Shown: positions 30,001 through 38,588, numbered from the stretch's first letter. The stretch is DNA of 64,000 bases from a virus (IMGVR_UViG_2974621193_000001:1-64000), one strand, 5' to 3'. Program-made: numbers and translations. The notes: generated by a model not told the origin, from the sequence alone.

Positions 30001-31070
30001 CCATCCAGGGTGCGGTCGAGGCTGCCAACATCGCGACGGGCAACACTGACGACGCTACCACCGCAGCGATTATGAAGGGCATGGATGTCTGGTCCGCAGC
30101 ATGGACGCCCGCGATGGTGGACTCTACCGATGCAGCCACGGCGGCGTCGGAAAAGGTTGCCGATGCTGCCGACAAGCAGAGCTCCAGCACGGTCCTACTG
30201 AGTAAGAGCCTGGGCAAGTACGATCAGCAGATCGCATCGCTGTCCAAGGTGCTCACGGCGTTCTCGAATAGCGCACAGCAGTCGGTCAAGGTTACGGTCA
30301 ATGTGACCAACGGTACTGCCACCACTGCCAACACCTCGACTGTCGGCACGAACTCCAAGGGCGAGCAGACCATCACGGTCGAGCAGCCCACGTTCGAGCA
30401 GTGGGCACCTACCCTGAACGCATTGGCAGACTTCTTCGACACGCTGCCGTACGCGGAACGGGACTGGGCGGCGGACAACCCAGTCGCGGGTGAGACGGAA
30501 CAGCAGCGCAAGATGCGTCTGGCGCAGAACAACCTTACCAACTTTGCAAAGGGCGGCTACAACGTCCTGCGCGATGTCGGCCCTGTGATGATGCGTCACA
30601 CAGCAACCATCGGTACCGCAGTCGAGCGACTCGTCAAAGAAGATGGTCCGGCATGGAGTGCAGCGCTTGCAGCTATCGCGGCCAACAACCCAGCTGGTTA
30701 CGCAGTCGCCGTGTTGCTGGTTCTCAAGGAAGTCGCAACGATGCTGCCTTTGATCCTCGCCGCGATCATGGACATTGTGCCCGCGTTGATCCGTGCTATA
30801 GTTAGGTTCCTCACCCAGTTCATGCCGGATTCAGTGTTCGCATACGCGGACATGGCCGCAGCTGAGGCCGCTGTCGTTGAACAGCAAGAGGGCGGGCAAG
30901 TCGCAATGGGTCAAGGCCAGCGCTACCCGACTGATGCGATGTCAACTTCGAGTGGCAATGAAAGTATCACACTGAACATGTACGGAGACTTGGTCATGCC
31001 GAATGTCAGCGATGGCAGCGATGCAAACGACTTCGTCGAGCAGCTCAAGCTGTTGGCGGCGGGCTCATGA
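21045..31070 (+). CDS. Tape measure protein (3341 aa) with peptidoglycan-hydrolase-like and SLT transglycosylase domains
   Basis: Position; Ala-rich N-terminus, TP901-type core, Trp/Phe repeats; DHPSGLALDV (~29030-29280); HESSWNPNAQNPSSTAYGLFQF SLT (~29600-29870). Confidence 0.95.
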   Translation: MNTTAANILITAQARQAQAVLARAQAALKGLQSTAQGANAAQATAANAAARQIEAAEARKASAAAKASLAIEQANLRQIKSEQAASVAAARSAAATSLAQTKASTAAQVAAAKQEASAAKMAAAMELSAMKQQAALAQLTLVQMRQLAQAEAASARQIIADNRATMSAAKSAAQQAAARESLTIATLRAVAREEAASARKIAADARAALQAQVLANAETGNQNRVVTARLRAAAQTAAANAAKINSDNGAAIAAEVAANREARAARDAALADMDRAMKAQAANARKSASDAQAAVNAQASAMKEASAMSVADAARIRSASVAAAENARKVASDAAVANAAAMAAGRESVANAAAAASATVGAQEKVVADARANASRLQASSVAATESAKIAASEARAAAAAERAAIQITAAKQKEIAANSAATGSNVAWSESMTRSGSRMQWIGRQLSQNFTAPMLLAAGFGVKFGLDMEKSMTRLEKVYADQALIRKAEAQGINLVANEVEALERNFVALSNKYGVQAAEVANVAAEWAAAGASGQALAHQTDLTMKTMVLGEMDAEEATKSLIAIQSQWNAVTETSLDRAGKLSLGTSGLANDQLSLTTILRQLNAVENETGTTMNDLVVAFSRASGVARTAGLDTAHLAAATAALVPAAGSAAEAGNALKTIISRTLTPTREAAQIMELMGINTASASWQSQNAGERLEELAARFGTLTGAQKAQVSASLGSRYQVNKLEVLFSSIANTSGYYHKALGKLANQADVVKIAEDELNTVLESQPQMLKQAGVIIQNSLMKTMVPLIPVIIQLTQWIGKAFDSFANLPTGVRTTIVGLGLFLATVGPIIIFLGIFKLALGQLTPVFLALGRAILFPITGLFKFTAVLLKPIASLAKLRGALLLTSRAFMLIPAVAVLIPRIISFAMMATQATVVVGMAGVMAAWRTAWAAMITFQVVSGVAMTTTQRLTFTAMLAAQNLWNAASLAMQKAWTVVWISMLRVWAAASIMAQAAHAAASRLIVGVYLASTLAMKRTWATAWLVLQAAWASASAVMQAAWARASLLLTKTWAAASLLLTAAFWKRMWALFAAGNKGLVAILASGGKALLAIFASPWAIAIGVVVALIVMFRKQIAQAWNNIVNYFRNLPAQTASALSPLTNIFVRARNAVVGAFNSLPEGVKNALLKVVAVVRAAAMKVYELFSYLNPFARHSPSLVENVTNGMAVVNEQFANASRNAQTHIGKLHKSIQQLQGLSAPLTQQNDKAKDDEFRATVTKAGAASSLPAYDALNADVKAAKAYMDQLNKSMEAQEQKLKGIKAGVEAYDAAIEQMNSSLEVTKAIQSDVSAALDGAKARFDRYANAQITGTRAAEDALFDNEMAQKRLQLQIAKMEEESGTIDSVTDSYSKLQGEIESLTAKQTELRQAGAGSDVLGTYDKMIADLKSQQSGLMSGGADSPAGKIAALNTSLQALQKQAEIMDLEKALKFDSLNRKIEQFSSNVEEMPYGQIMSGMDASRTSINALQYSYDQLDMVMAGQQARIDATQAQRDALQATYDSESKRLETVREKYESVEEAVRSGEDALEQFSSAAEESVRRQEEAARAAEQLAKKRKGKKGGGAGDSEELTPGAMNFLEGAAGDFETFGGNATVGREGAGLDQSAQIDEFTNSLTADLEKSLGGLNPFSGLKNAWNRTVNWFKGLAPGFGDIFKNIGSGVGSAFSSDKNENVKRFGDAISKAVESLKNIWEWIKKGGELIGKLFGPDLQSTLQGIGDGFKTVMDKISGPLSEFGKTVMPFLSTAFTHLMPVIALFIGALEVVWEVINGAIGPVFSWLGDIIGAVITVITGIMKVFMGLMKVIQGVVMVVVNILKGIFTFIKGLFSLKFDLSGFGGIGEALKKIFGGFGDMFGGIVDIVKGIFIAIWSTIKNAVKLIWNVVWGLVKGIIDFFVTLWDVLVGHSIVPDTINAIIDWFKELPGKLPGLVWGLITKVIGFFLKLPIMIGQALIKLGGFLFNAFTAAMGWLLPKLPGFIWNIVKFFATLPFKIISALVGFGAKLLGWLGQAIAWLVPQLPGIVWDIITFFATLPFKIIGALLGFGAKLLEWAKNAFIWLAQNLPGVIGNVISFFAGLPGKLIGALLGLGSKLFEWAKNGFIWLAQNLPNAIGAVLDFAKEFPGRVIRGFGKWGSFIWEWMKKGWDFLVNEMPGIVAGFLKWIGGIPGMLLGKLGDGAKVLYDYGKDMIQGLMNGTAGLLKKLGDWFLDKIPGWIKTPFKKALGIASPSKVFAGYGVNIGEGLVKGIGSMEGQVEQASIAMAAAADKGEVGGMAISAVADTSSVGGSVSALGDAVAASGPVGVDTAAEPTADIAPMLAAAEAAFDAFDASMQKKMAAFTAAVTVMFAAMVTGVLSSLDKVTVGSGTSFAAMQATVVGIVTAMVTAVQAQLALLISYVTQFGLAFTSAWAEAWNAWKSETSLGVDHTLSEWERMAQGMRDIFDGGIAPIFEDMAKMYTTLEGATKTTVDNVGTTWADIEPKTKRPAGIVINEVYNNGLRGAWNKFNSFLGVAELPAFTVAYATGGPVHGPGTETSDSIYAKLSRGEHVITAAEVRGAGGHQAIMAQRQVWAGRKRMQGVDQSMPAFARGGPVDPKAPPWPGESNLKPAAILARRNIHKYWPMIGEIGGYRPSDPYPDHPSGLALDVMVGVGNPVGDEVNDWLHRNMVPLALNYTIWKQFYKPAGGGGNLMGDRGDPTQNHMDHVHALFNNNGVPGITTGGIGGSSGGAPIDYKKIVQESFKADMDEVRKNLPAIPGGIGQWPKISADVAEKMALKKLLPLAEKMSISSGSAASAWAGAPDASVVTKVKEAMKTYGWDQGAEWEALNQLIGHESSWNPNAQNPSSTAYGLFQFLDSTWASVGGSKTSDPYQQAIYGGRYIKNRYGSPSAAWAFWQNPQPNPYGGNWYDNGGVLPPGLTLANNQTGGPEAILTAAQWSAMFDIASKPPLDEDTIQGAVEAANIATGNTDDATTAAIMKGMDVWSAAWTPAMVDSTDAATAASEKVADAADKQSSSTVLLSKSLGKYDQQIASLSKVLTAFSNSAQQSVKVTVNVTNGTATTANTSTVGTNSKGEQTITVEQPTFEQWAPTLNALADFFDTLPYAERDWAADNPVAGETEQQRKMRLAQNNLTNFAKGGYNVLRDVGPVMMRHTATIGTAVERLVKEDGPAWSAALAAIAANNPAGYAVAVLLVLKEVATMLPLILAAIMDIVPALIRAIVRFLTQFMPDSVFAYADMAAAEAAVVEQQEGGQVAMGQGQRYPTDAMSTSSGNESITLNMYGDLVMPNVSDGSDANDFVEQLKLLAAGS

Positions 31071-33598
31071 GTCGCATTCTCCATCGGCCGAACCAGGCCG
31101 TAGACTACGGGACGGTCGAGACGAACGGCTCGGGCAATGTGCTCGGCGACAACAACAACGACACTCGGAAGCAGTATTACGAGGACTCGGGCAGCATCCT
31201 GCTGTACCCGACCTTCGATCCGACCACTATCCCTCCGGGGCGCGAGATCATCGCCGTGCGAGCAGGTCATCGCCAGGAGCAGGGTGGTTCGCTGATCGCA
31301 CTGCATAACGGCTGGGTTATGGGATACTTGCGTATCTCCAACCAGCGGTTGCCCAACTCGAAGGCATACAAGCAGGACGGGTACAGCACGACAGCCCGCG
31401 CCGTCGAGGGTCCAGCGATCTACAACTCGGCGTTCAAGTCCTGGCTGGCGTCCGACATCAACAAGATGACAACCGATGTCGGCGCAGCCACCGGCGAGTT
31501 CGGTCCGAACAAGAAGAAGCTGTGGTGCATCGCCACCGAGGCATACATCGTTCTCGTTCTTGACGACGATGTCGCTGTTCCTACGATCAACTACCCTGCC
31601 AACAACTCGACCATCGCTACGAGCTCGGTAGACTTCAAGGGCAACGTCACGGTCACCCAGGAAGAGCAGCCCGTCGCTTGTGTGTTCCAGGTGAGTCGGT
31701 CGGCGAACTTCGATGACGACACCGTGGACACCTTTGTTGGTGGTCTCGTGCAGACGGCTGGGCAGACCAGCAACTACGACTCGATCGTCGGCAGGGATTC
31801 GTACTCGAACCTCGGTCCCGGCAAGTGGTATGTCCGAGTCAAGGGCAAGGACTACCGTGGTGTCGAGTCTGCGTGGGGTGCGACGACTTCGTTCACCATC
31901 ACCCACGCTGCGCTTCCGGTTCCGGAGATGACCAACCCTGCAGGTGGAGCTACTCGCAACACGCCGTACGGGTACCGCGAGGCGAACATTCCTGTTACCC
32001 CCGCAGGCGAGCGCTACGTCGGCATCGAGTGGCAGTTCAGCCAGGCTTCGAACTTCTCGGGCACGATTGTCTCGTGGAAGAACAACAAGGTCGGTCGATA
32101 CAACGCAGGTGTGATCGGATACACTGCCGACCCTGATCCCGAGGTGCAGCCTGGACAGAACGGCGACAAGGTCTCGACCGACGACCCTGATCAGTACTTG
32201 AAGCAGGGCACCTGGTACGCCCGTGCAAGATGTGTAGACGTGTGGGACCAGGTCGGCAACTGGTCTGCCGGTGTGACGTTCACCGTCTCCCACCCGCCTG
32301 TCGTCAATCAGCCCTGGCCCAGCGGTGGCGCAGGGTTCGACGATGACGCCTTCCCTGTGCGGTGGCAGTTCGGTGATGCATGGAAGGGCGACACGCAGAG
32401 CGCCTACCGAGTCATCATTCGCGACCCATCGAACACGACACTCATCCACGACACCGGCAAGATTGAGAGCCCCTTCAACAACGTGAAGGTGGTCATCCCC
32501 GACAACTGGAAAGAGCAGACGCTCAATATCTCGATCCAGGTGTGGGACCGAGATGGTGTAGCGAGTCCCATCTGGACCGGCACCTTCCGGCACTCGACGG
32601 CACCAGTCATCACGCTGCCATACCCAGCGCCCGACGAGGTAGTCATCACCGGCCAGCCCAACCTGACCTGGTCGGCAGTGTATGCTCCGGGGCAGTCACA
32701 GAAGTCTTACCACATCGCGTTCATCCGGCGCGACACTGGGGTTGTAGAGTGGAAGACGACAACGCATCAGTTGTCGACGAACAACTTCTGGAATGCACCT
32801 GCGGTTGTACTGAAGAACGTCTCGGCATACCAGCTGGCGCTGACGATTACTGACACGCAGGACTTGTACACCACCCTGCTGCGGAACTTCAGCACTGACT
32901 ACGTGCGTCCGCCGATGATCTACTGCTCGGCCTACGTCAATAACTACGAGGAAGAAGGCTACGTTCAGATACTGTGGCCTGCTACTGAGGTAGCTCCACA
33001 GTTCGTAGAGTTCCGTTTGTACAGGCGAAACGTCGACATCCCTGGTTCGGACTGGGAACAGATCGGCACGGTGTCCGACCCTGAGGTCTGGGAGTTCCAC
33101 GACTGGAGCAGCTCGGGGCATTACCGCTACCAGTACGCGATCACGCAGGTGGTCATGCTCTATGGCGCGCTCGTCGAATCTCTGCCCGATGAGTACGGCG
33201 AGGCGCTGCTGATTCAGTCCAGTCACTACTGGCTGATCTCCCCGCAAGACGAGTCACTCAACACCAAGCTGTATCACATCACCGATGACAAGTACGTGCG
33301 CAAGGTGGAGAAGAGTCGGCACACCATCATCGGCGGAGGCGAGCGGTTCAACTTCGGCAAGCCCATTGGCATTGAGGGTACACTGAGTGGGCAGATCAAG
33401 GGCGGCTCGCCGGTGACCGTGCGACAGGCGCGCGAGCGTATCGAGCGGCTGCAGCTGGAGATGGCGTACTGCTACCTGCGCGACCCCTTCGGCAATTACA
33501 CCAAGATCGTCATTGACGACATCTCGATCGGGCGTATCGCGGGCGTCGGAACCTCCGAGTTCGTGGACATCGAGATTCCCTACATCGAGGTGAAGTGA
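31067..33598 (+). CDS. Minor tail protein (FN3/Ig-like repeats)
   Basis: Repeated YVRV/YRV...W beta-sandwich patterns; position after tape measure. Confidence 0.8.
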   Translation: MSRILHRPNQAVDYGTVETNGSGNVLGDNNNDTRKQYYEDSGSILLYPTFDPTTIPPGREIIAVRAGHRQEQGGSLIALHNGWVMGYLRISNQRLPNSKAYKQDGYSTTARAVEGPAIYNSAFKSWLASDINKMTTDVGAATGEFGPNKKKLWCIATEAYIVLVLDDDVAVPTINYPANNSTIATSSVDFKGNVTVTQEEQPVACVFQVSRSANFDDDTVDTFVGGLVQTAGQTSNYDSIVGRDSYSNLGPGKWYVRVKGKDYRGVESAWGATTSFTITHAALPVPEMTNPAGGATRNTPYGYREANIPVTPAGERYVGIEWQFSQASNFSGTIVSWKNNKVGRYNAGVIGYTADPDPEVQPGQNGDKVSTDDPDQYLKQGTWYARARCVDVWDQVGNWSAGVTFTVSHPPVVNQPWPSGGAGFDDDAFPVRWQFGDAWKGDTQSAYRVIIRDPSNTTLIHDTGKIESPFNNVKVVIPDNWKEQTLNISIQVWDRDGVASPIWTGTFRHSTAPVITLPYPAPDEVVITGQPNLTWSAVYAPGQSQKSYHIAFIRRDTGVVEWKTTTHQLSTNNFWNAPAVVLKNVSAYQLALTITDTQDLYTTLLRNFSTDYVRPPMIYCSAYVNNYEEEGYVQILWPATEVAPQFVEFRLYRRNVDIPGSDWEQIGTVSDPEVWEFHDWSSSGHYRYQYAITQVVMLYGALVESLPDEYGEALLIQSSHYWLISPQDESLNTKLYHITDDKYVRKVEKSRHTIIGGGERFNFGKPIGIEGTLSGQIKGGSPVTVRQARERIERLQLEMAYCYLRDPFGNYTKIVIDDISIGRIAGVGTSEFVDIEIPYIEVK

Positions 33599-35811
33599 TG
33601 CCGCAGCCACCTCGTGAAGACATTCAGCGTGCGTTCGTAGAGCCTGCGGTTCAGGTCATACGACGCATTGAGATCTATGAGCAGGACGGCACGACACCCT
33701 GGAAGCAGGAGCTCTGGGATGACCTACTCATCGGCGGTTCTGTAAGCCTTGACTACAATCGTGACGAGCGCCGGGCACTTGAGTGCGAGCTCGACAACTC
33801 GTACGGTGACCTCGATCCTGAGCACGGCGGACTCTGGTACGACAAGCGATTCAAGCTGTACTACGGGATCGAGTTGAACCAGGACGACCGAGGTGTGCGC
33901 GCGGCGATTGTTGAGGAGTACCTCGCTCCCGGCCAGGCGGCGGCGTTGAAGCAGCACTTGTCCTCGCATGGGATTAGCGAGGTTCACTTCCTGCCTTCGG
34001 CTACCGACTACGAGCACGTCAAGGACTACGACGTACTCGTTGCCATATCCGCGACCAGCCTGCAGAAGCTCTCGTTTCTCAATCAGTGCTACAACAGGGG
34101 CAAGGGAATCGTTACCTTTGCTAATGACCAGACATCCGCGTCGATGCCCGCTATCATTGGCAATGCGGGTGCGTCAACGGTGCTCGCTGGTGTCCAGCTT
34201 AGCTATGCTCCGGTTACCGGGGCGTCCGACCTATCCGTGGGATGGGACGGTTGGAGTGAGGGATCTGGCTCCCAGGTTCTCATAAGTGAAGACTCGGAAT
34301 CAAGGGCCGTTGGATCACGTATTGGCTTTAATAGCACTGACGCGATTACCATTACGGATCAGGAAGCTTACGCTGGGTCAAAGAGTATTAAGTTTACACC
34401 TACCGTTAACTGGACAAAGTTGTTTATCGAACACTTTACTGGTAACGCTAATGTTCCCGGCAGGGTGTATCGAATATCCTTTATGGCAAAAAAAGATGCA
34501 GGGTTTAACAATCCGACATCCATTCGTTTCGAGTACAGTAACACTGGTACTACACTAGATTACACTGGACCTGCTGGTAATATCAATATCACCAACGAGT
34601 GGAATCGTTATGAGCATACCATAGTGGGGCCAGAGGGTTACGCTTACGTGCGCGCCACGTTTGCTAATGGGGCGGGTGGCACCTTCACTGGAGCATCGGT
34701 ATACTTGGATAACTTTACATTCGAGGACATCACCGATATTATTAAGTATCGCAAGATACTCGCACCAGCGGCGGGCGCGCAGGCGATAGCAACACTGAGT
34801 GACACAACCAACGGCGACTCGGTCGGCGCCGTTTCAAGAGTGGGGTCCGCAGGGCAACGCTGGGTACACACTGTCGGATCGGACTTCAAGGCCGACGCCC
34901 TGGGCGGCGAGTACGAAAGCTTTGGGCGCTACGTTTCACGCATCGTATCGTGGGCTTCTTCATACCAGGCCCTCGACTACTGGGAGATTCAGCTCGGCGA
35001 GTTCATGGCCGACTCTATCTCACTCGGAGGTTCCTATGCAACAGTCTCAATCTCAGGACGCGATCTTACTAAGTTGTGCCAGCAGTCGAAGTTCGTAACA
35101 TCGACTACCTTCACCAAGAACACGCCGATCGAGAGTGTCGTCAAGACTGTCGCAACGAACGCGGGGATTTCCAAGTTCCGCCTGCCGATCACCGGCAAAG
35201 TCCTAGATAAGGATATGACTTGGGAGCGAGACACTGCTCGCTGGGATGTGATTCGCGATGTATCAAACTCGAACAGCTACGAGGTGTTCTTCGATAATGA
35301 AGGCTATCTTGTTATGCGTGAGTTCCGTGATCCACTCACCACTCCGGCCACTCTTGAGCTTAGCGTTGGTGTGGGAGGTAATCTCATATCTCGTGGTGGG
35401 AAGACCTCCGACGCAAATCTTTTCAATCACATTGTTGTTGTTGGCGAATCTTCTGATTCATCGACTCCGCCTGTCTACGCAGAGGCAATTAATACTGCAG
35501 CGACTTCGCCAACCAGTGTGCAAGAGATTGGCGACCGGGTCTCCATAATCACATCGAGCCTGGTCACCAGCGTAGCGAAAGCACAAGAGTACGCCAATGC
35601 ACTCCTCGCCGTATCGGCGCTGGAAGAGTTCGAGCTCTCCTTCGAGTCGACCCTTCTTCCGTGGATTGAGGTCGGCGACATAGTTGAGATGAAGAACTCT
35701 GACGATCGTTACTGGGGACCAGACCGTTACTTGATGACGAGTCTGACGTTCCCGCTTGACCTGAATCCAATGTCAGGTGCAGGCAAGAGAACGGAAAAGG
35801 TGGAAGGCTAG
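33595..35811 (+). CDS. Minor tail (baseplate hub-like) protein with inserted low-GC carbohydrate-binding module
   Basis: SVSLDYNRDERR, WEIQLGEF, FFDNEGYLV, LPWIEVGDIV pattern; CBM-like insert. Confidence 0.8.
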   Translation: MMPQPPREDIQRAFVEPAVQVIRRIEIYEQDGTTPWKQELWDDLLIGGSVSLDYNRDERRALECELDNSYGDLDPEHGGLWYDKRFKLYYGIELNQDDRGVRAAIVEEYLAPGQAAALKQHLSSHGISEVHFLPSATDYEHVKDYDVLVAISATSLQKLSFLNQCYNRGKGIVTFANDQTSASMPAIIGNAGASTVLAGVQLSYAPVTGASDLSVGWDGWSEGSGSQVLISEDSESRAVGSRIGFNSTDAITITDQEAYAGSKSIKFTPTVNWTKLFIEHFTGNANVPGRVYRISFMAKKDAGFNNPTSIRFEYSNTGTTLDYTGPAGNINITNEWNRYEHTIVGPEGYAYVRATFANGAGGTFTGASVYLDNFTFEDITDIIKYRKILAPAAGAQAIATLSDTTNGDSVGAVSRVGSAGQRWVHTVGSDFKADALGGEYESFGRYVSRIVSWASSYQALDYWEIQLGEFMADSISLGGSYATVSISGRDLTKLCQQSKFVTSTTFTKNTPIESVVKTVATNAGISKFRLPITGKVLDKDMTWERDTARWDVIRDVSNSNSYEVFFDNEGYLVMREFRDPLTTPATLELSVGVGGNLISRGGKTSDANLFNHIVVVGESSDSSTPPVYAEAINTAATSPTSVQEIGDRVSIITSSLVTSVAKAQEYANALLAVSALEEFELSFESTLLPWIEVGDIVEMKNSDDRYWGPDRYLMTSLTFPLDLNPMSGAGKRTEKVEG

Positions 35812-37808
35812 TGGCTACAGGGTTTGGCAACTGGGGCAACAGCGTCAAGGCTCACAGCGTTCTGCGTGAGATTGCCAAGAAAGAAGTAGAGCGCCTACGC
35901 CCTTCATCCCGGCTGGCCGAGGTGACCTCGATCATCCCCGCCGAGAAGAAGGTGCTGGTCAGGTTCGTTGGCGAGTCCAACGTTGTGCCTGTGCCGTATA
36001 CTTCTACTGCGCCTGCGAACGTGGGTCAGTGGGTTCGGATCGGTGGCACGACTCACGATCGCTATGTCGAAGATGTCATCGGCACTACGCTCACCGAGGC
36101 TCGGCTGGAGACGGCCGAGGGTCGGATCGGCTCGCTCATGGAGAGCGTTATCGGCGAGGGCTGGGAAGACGAAGACGACGGCGAGCCCGGTACGTTCACT
36201 GGTATCATCAGTCAGTACTTTGGCGGTATCGAGGAGAACGCGACCGAGGCCCTCGGCCTGGCCGGACAGGCAGACACTAAGGCGGGCCAGGCTCAGACGA
36301 CAGCGGAGAACGCACAGACCACGGCCGAAGGTGCGCAGACCACTGCAGACAACGCGAACACTACCGCAGGCCAGGCGCAGCAGACTGCTAGTGATGCTAG
36401 CGCTGCTGTCGGTGGTGCAGTCACGGCAGCCGAGGACGCCGACGAGAAGGCAACCCTCGCGCAGCAGATAGCCCAGCACATCACCGACAATATCAATGCG
36501 CTCGGTGAAGGCGTTGCGGCTGGTACTGCAGGTGTCGCACAGGTCTTCGATACGATCGCTGGCATCTTCACGACAGCAAGCGAGGCGCAGCAGAAAGCGG
36601 TGGATGCACAGACCGCACTGCAGAATCTGATTAATCAGAACGAAGGCGCGGCAGCAGGCGGGCGGTCCGGGCAGGACAACTTCGACCGACCGAACTCGTC
36701 CACCCTTGGTACGGGCTGGATTTCCACTGCGTACGGAAATATTCGAGCGAGCATTGATTCTAAAGGTAGAGTTAACTTTCCGTTTGCCACTGACCCCAGC
36801 GGGGACGAGGGTGGTCTCATCTACCACCAGTGGGCTGGGGAGACTTCGGTTGGTGATTATTTCCAGAGCACTATTGTTTTCGGAACTTCGTTCAGCAACA
36901 ACGGCAGTCCGCTGGCTTATGTGTTCAATCGCTGGGATGGACTGTTCGCCGCAGACAACGGCGTCAACACCAAGCCACTCAACTGCTGGGCAGTGCGTAT
37001 TACACGCGCAGGTGGTCTCACTCTCTATCGAGTTGTCAATGGAGTCATGACATCGGTGGGCACGAGTGACGTAGCAGATATCAAATCAGGTGATGCCATC
37101 TCCCTTCGCTGCGGATCGCTCGCTGGTCCTGGCAACATCTCGGTCGTGGTCAACGGTCAGGTTGAGATTGCTTACACTGACCCCGGCACAGGGATGATCG
37201 GTGCGGACTACCGCAAGCATGGTTTCTTCGGTTTCGCCGAGAATCAGGGCCTCCTAGGCTGGCAGCAGCCTGCGAGTGTCGCGTCGTACAACTGGTCAGA
37301 CATTCCCGGCGGAAGTATCGTGCTCGGCAAGGGGTTCCGCTTCGCCAGAACTACGGTTGCCAACCTTACTCAGGTGGCAAATGCGCAGGTGCCGACGACC
37401 ACATTCCAGACTGCGGTTTACAGTGAGTCGTGCAAACCACTCGCCGACTCTACCCTCAAAGCTGCACGCGGCGAGTTCGCCATACCCTTCGAGGGGTGGT
37501 GGGACTTCGAGTTCGGCTTCTATGGCTACACCCTCAGCCTCTCGGCTGGTGCGTCTACTGTTCTGGATCCTGTACTCTACAACGGGCAGGGCGCACTCTC
37601 GACTACCATCCCCTTGCGCATGTCGAAGATCACCAACGGCGGCAGTTCCGCAGCGCGCACGCTGATACAAGAGGTCGCCAAGTTCAGGAAGTACTGCCTC
37701 GTGGGCGAGCGCGTAGCTCCTGGCTGGGGTGCGCAACGTCTCGACTACATGACCGCAGATGCAGGTGGACACACCTGTTACTTCAGTGGAGTTCTACTAT
37801 CACCCTAG
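35811..37808 (+). CDS. Minor tail protein / putative receptor-binding protein
   Basis: Heptad AQTTA repeats, DNFDRPNS...LG lectin-like domain, beta-rich C-terminus. Confidence 0.75.
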   Translation: MATGFGNWGNSVKAHSVLREIAKKEVERLRPSSRLAEVTSIIPAEKKVLVRFVGESNVVPVPYTSTAPANVGQWVRIGGTTHDRYVEDVIGTTLTEARLETAEGRIGSLMESVIGEGWEDEDDGEPGTFTGIISQYFGGIEENATEALGLAGQADTKAGQAQTTAENAQTTAEGAQTTADNANTTAGQAQQTASDASAAVGGAVTAAEDADEKATLAQQIAQHITDNINALGEGVAAGTAGVAQVFDTIAGIFTTASEAQQKAVDAQTALQNLINQNEGAAAGGRSGQDNFDRPNSSTLGTGWISTAYGNIRASIDSKGRVNFPFATDPSGDEGGLIYHQWAGETSVGDYFQSTIVFGTSFSNNGSPLAYVFNRWDGLFAADNGVNTKPLNCWAVRITRAGGLTLYRVVNGVMTSVGTSDVADIKSGDAISLRCGSLAGPGNISVVVNGQVEIAYTDPGTGMIGADYRKHGFFGFAENQGLLGWQQPASVASYNWSDIPGGSIVLGKGFRFARTTVANLTQVANAQVPTTTFQTAVYSESCKPLADSTLKAARGEFAIPFEGWWDFEFGFYGYTLSLSAGASTVLDPVLYNGQGALSTTIPLRMSKITNGGSSAARTLIQEVAKFRKYCLVGERVAPGWGAQRLDYMTADAGGHTCYFSGVLLSP

Positions 37809-37817
37809 GAGGGTGCA

Positions 37818-38036
37818 GTGATCGAACAGAAAACAGTTTACTTCGACAGTCTGCCAGGCGTGGCGATTCGTCTGACACGTGGGCACGAAGAGTTTGGAGA
37901 TGACTTCATCACCGCCGAAGCCTTTGACGAGAACATGAACCTCATACCCGGAGGAGGCGGCGGATTCCGTGGACCTTCGCCCCATCCGCCGGTGATCGTG
38001 GAGCAGGAGCCAGAGCCCGAGTCCCCGGGAGGTTGA
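37818..38036 (+). CDS. Hypothetical protein (72 aa)
   Basis: SD GGAGG before GTG. Confidence 0.65.
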   Translation: MIEQKTVYFDSLPGVAIRLTRGHEEFGDDFITAEAFDENMNLIPGGGGGFRGPSPHPPVIVEQEPEPESPGG

Positions 38037-38075
38037 ACCAGAGGAAGTGATGTACGCCAGCGAAGAGGGCAATGC

Positions 38076-38105
38076 TTGACCTGTAGTACCAATGCCTGCT
38101 ATCAT
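38076..38105 (+). promoter_or_regulatory. SigA-type promoter for lysis cassette
   Basis: TTGACC-18-TATCAT with TG extension. Confidence 0.75.
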
Positions 38106-38129
38106 GGGCAGATCTTACCAGGAGGTAGT

Positions 38130-38588
38130 ATGACCAACAACTTGCCACAGGCGCCCGGTTCGGTGCCGGTTGTCGGGCCGAACATCTTCAACATCCGCTC
38201 GAAGAACGACTTCATCGGGCTGCTGTACTACGTGATCCCGCTCGTCATGGGCATCCTCGTCCTGTACGGAGCGCTCGACAACAACACCGCACTCTTCTGG
38301 GGTGGCGCAGCCACGTCGCTGATCCAGCTGGTGTTCCAGTACACGCGGACCCAGGAGTTCGCACGCCGAGCGATCTACACCGTTCTGAACCTGATCAACG
38401 CCGGCCTTCTGATCTACGTCGCGGGATGGAGCCCGCAGCACCTCGAGAACCTGATGCCACTCCTGGCCCTCGTCCTGGGCGGCAGCGCCGCAGGTATCGC
38501 CAGCCAGAACGTGAACACCTCCGGTGACGGCACGGTGGTTCGAGTCGTCGAAGGGTCGGTCGTCGGCAACGATCCCCAGCTCGGCTAG
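38130..38588 (+). CDS. Holin-like membrane protein
   Basis: About 4 hydrophobic segments; SD GGAGG; first gene of lysis region. Confidence 0.7.
   Translation: MTNNLPQAPGSVPVVGPNIFNIRSKNDFIGLLYYVIPLVMGILVLYGALDNNTALFWGGAATSLIQLVFQYTRTQEFARRAIYTVLNLINAGLLIYVAGWSPQHLENLMPLLALVLGGSAAGIASQNVNTSGDGTVVRVVEGSVVGNDPQLG

Noticed and set aside
34488-34494. A AAA AAA heptamer in the minor tail gene as a programmed frameshift
   Set aside because: The -1 frame stops within a few codons and the run lies in an AT-rich insert where it is expected by chance
31067-37808. Diversity-generating retroelement targeting tail genes
   Set aside because: No reverse transcriptase and no template/variable repeat pair seen
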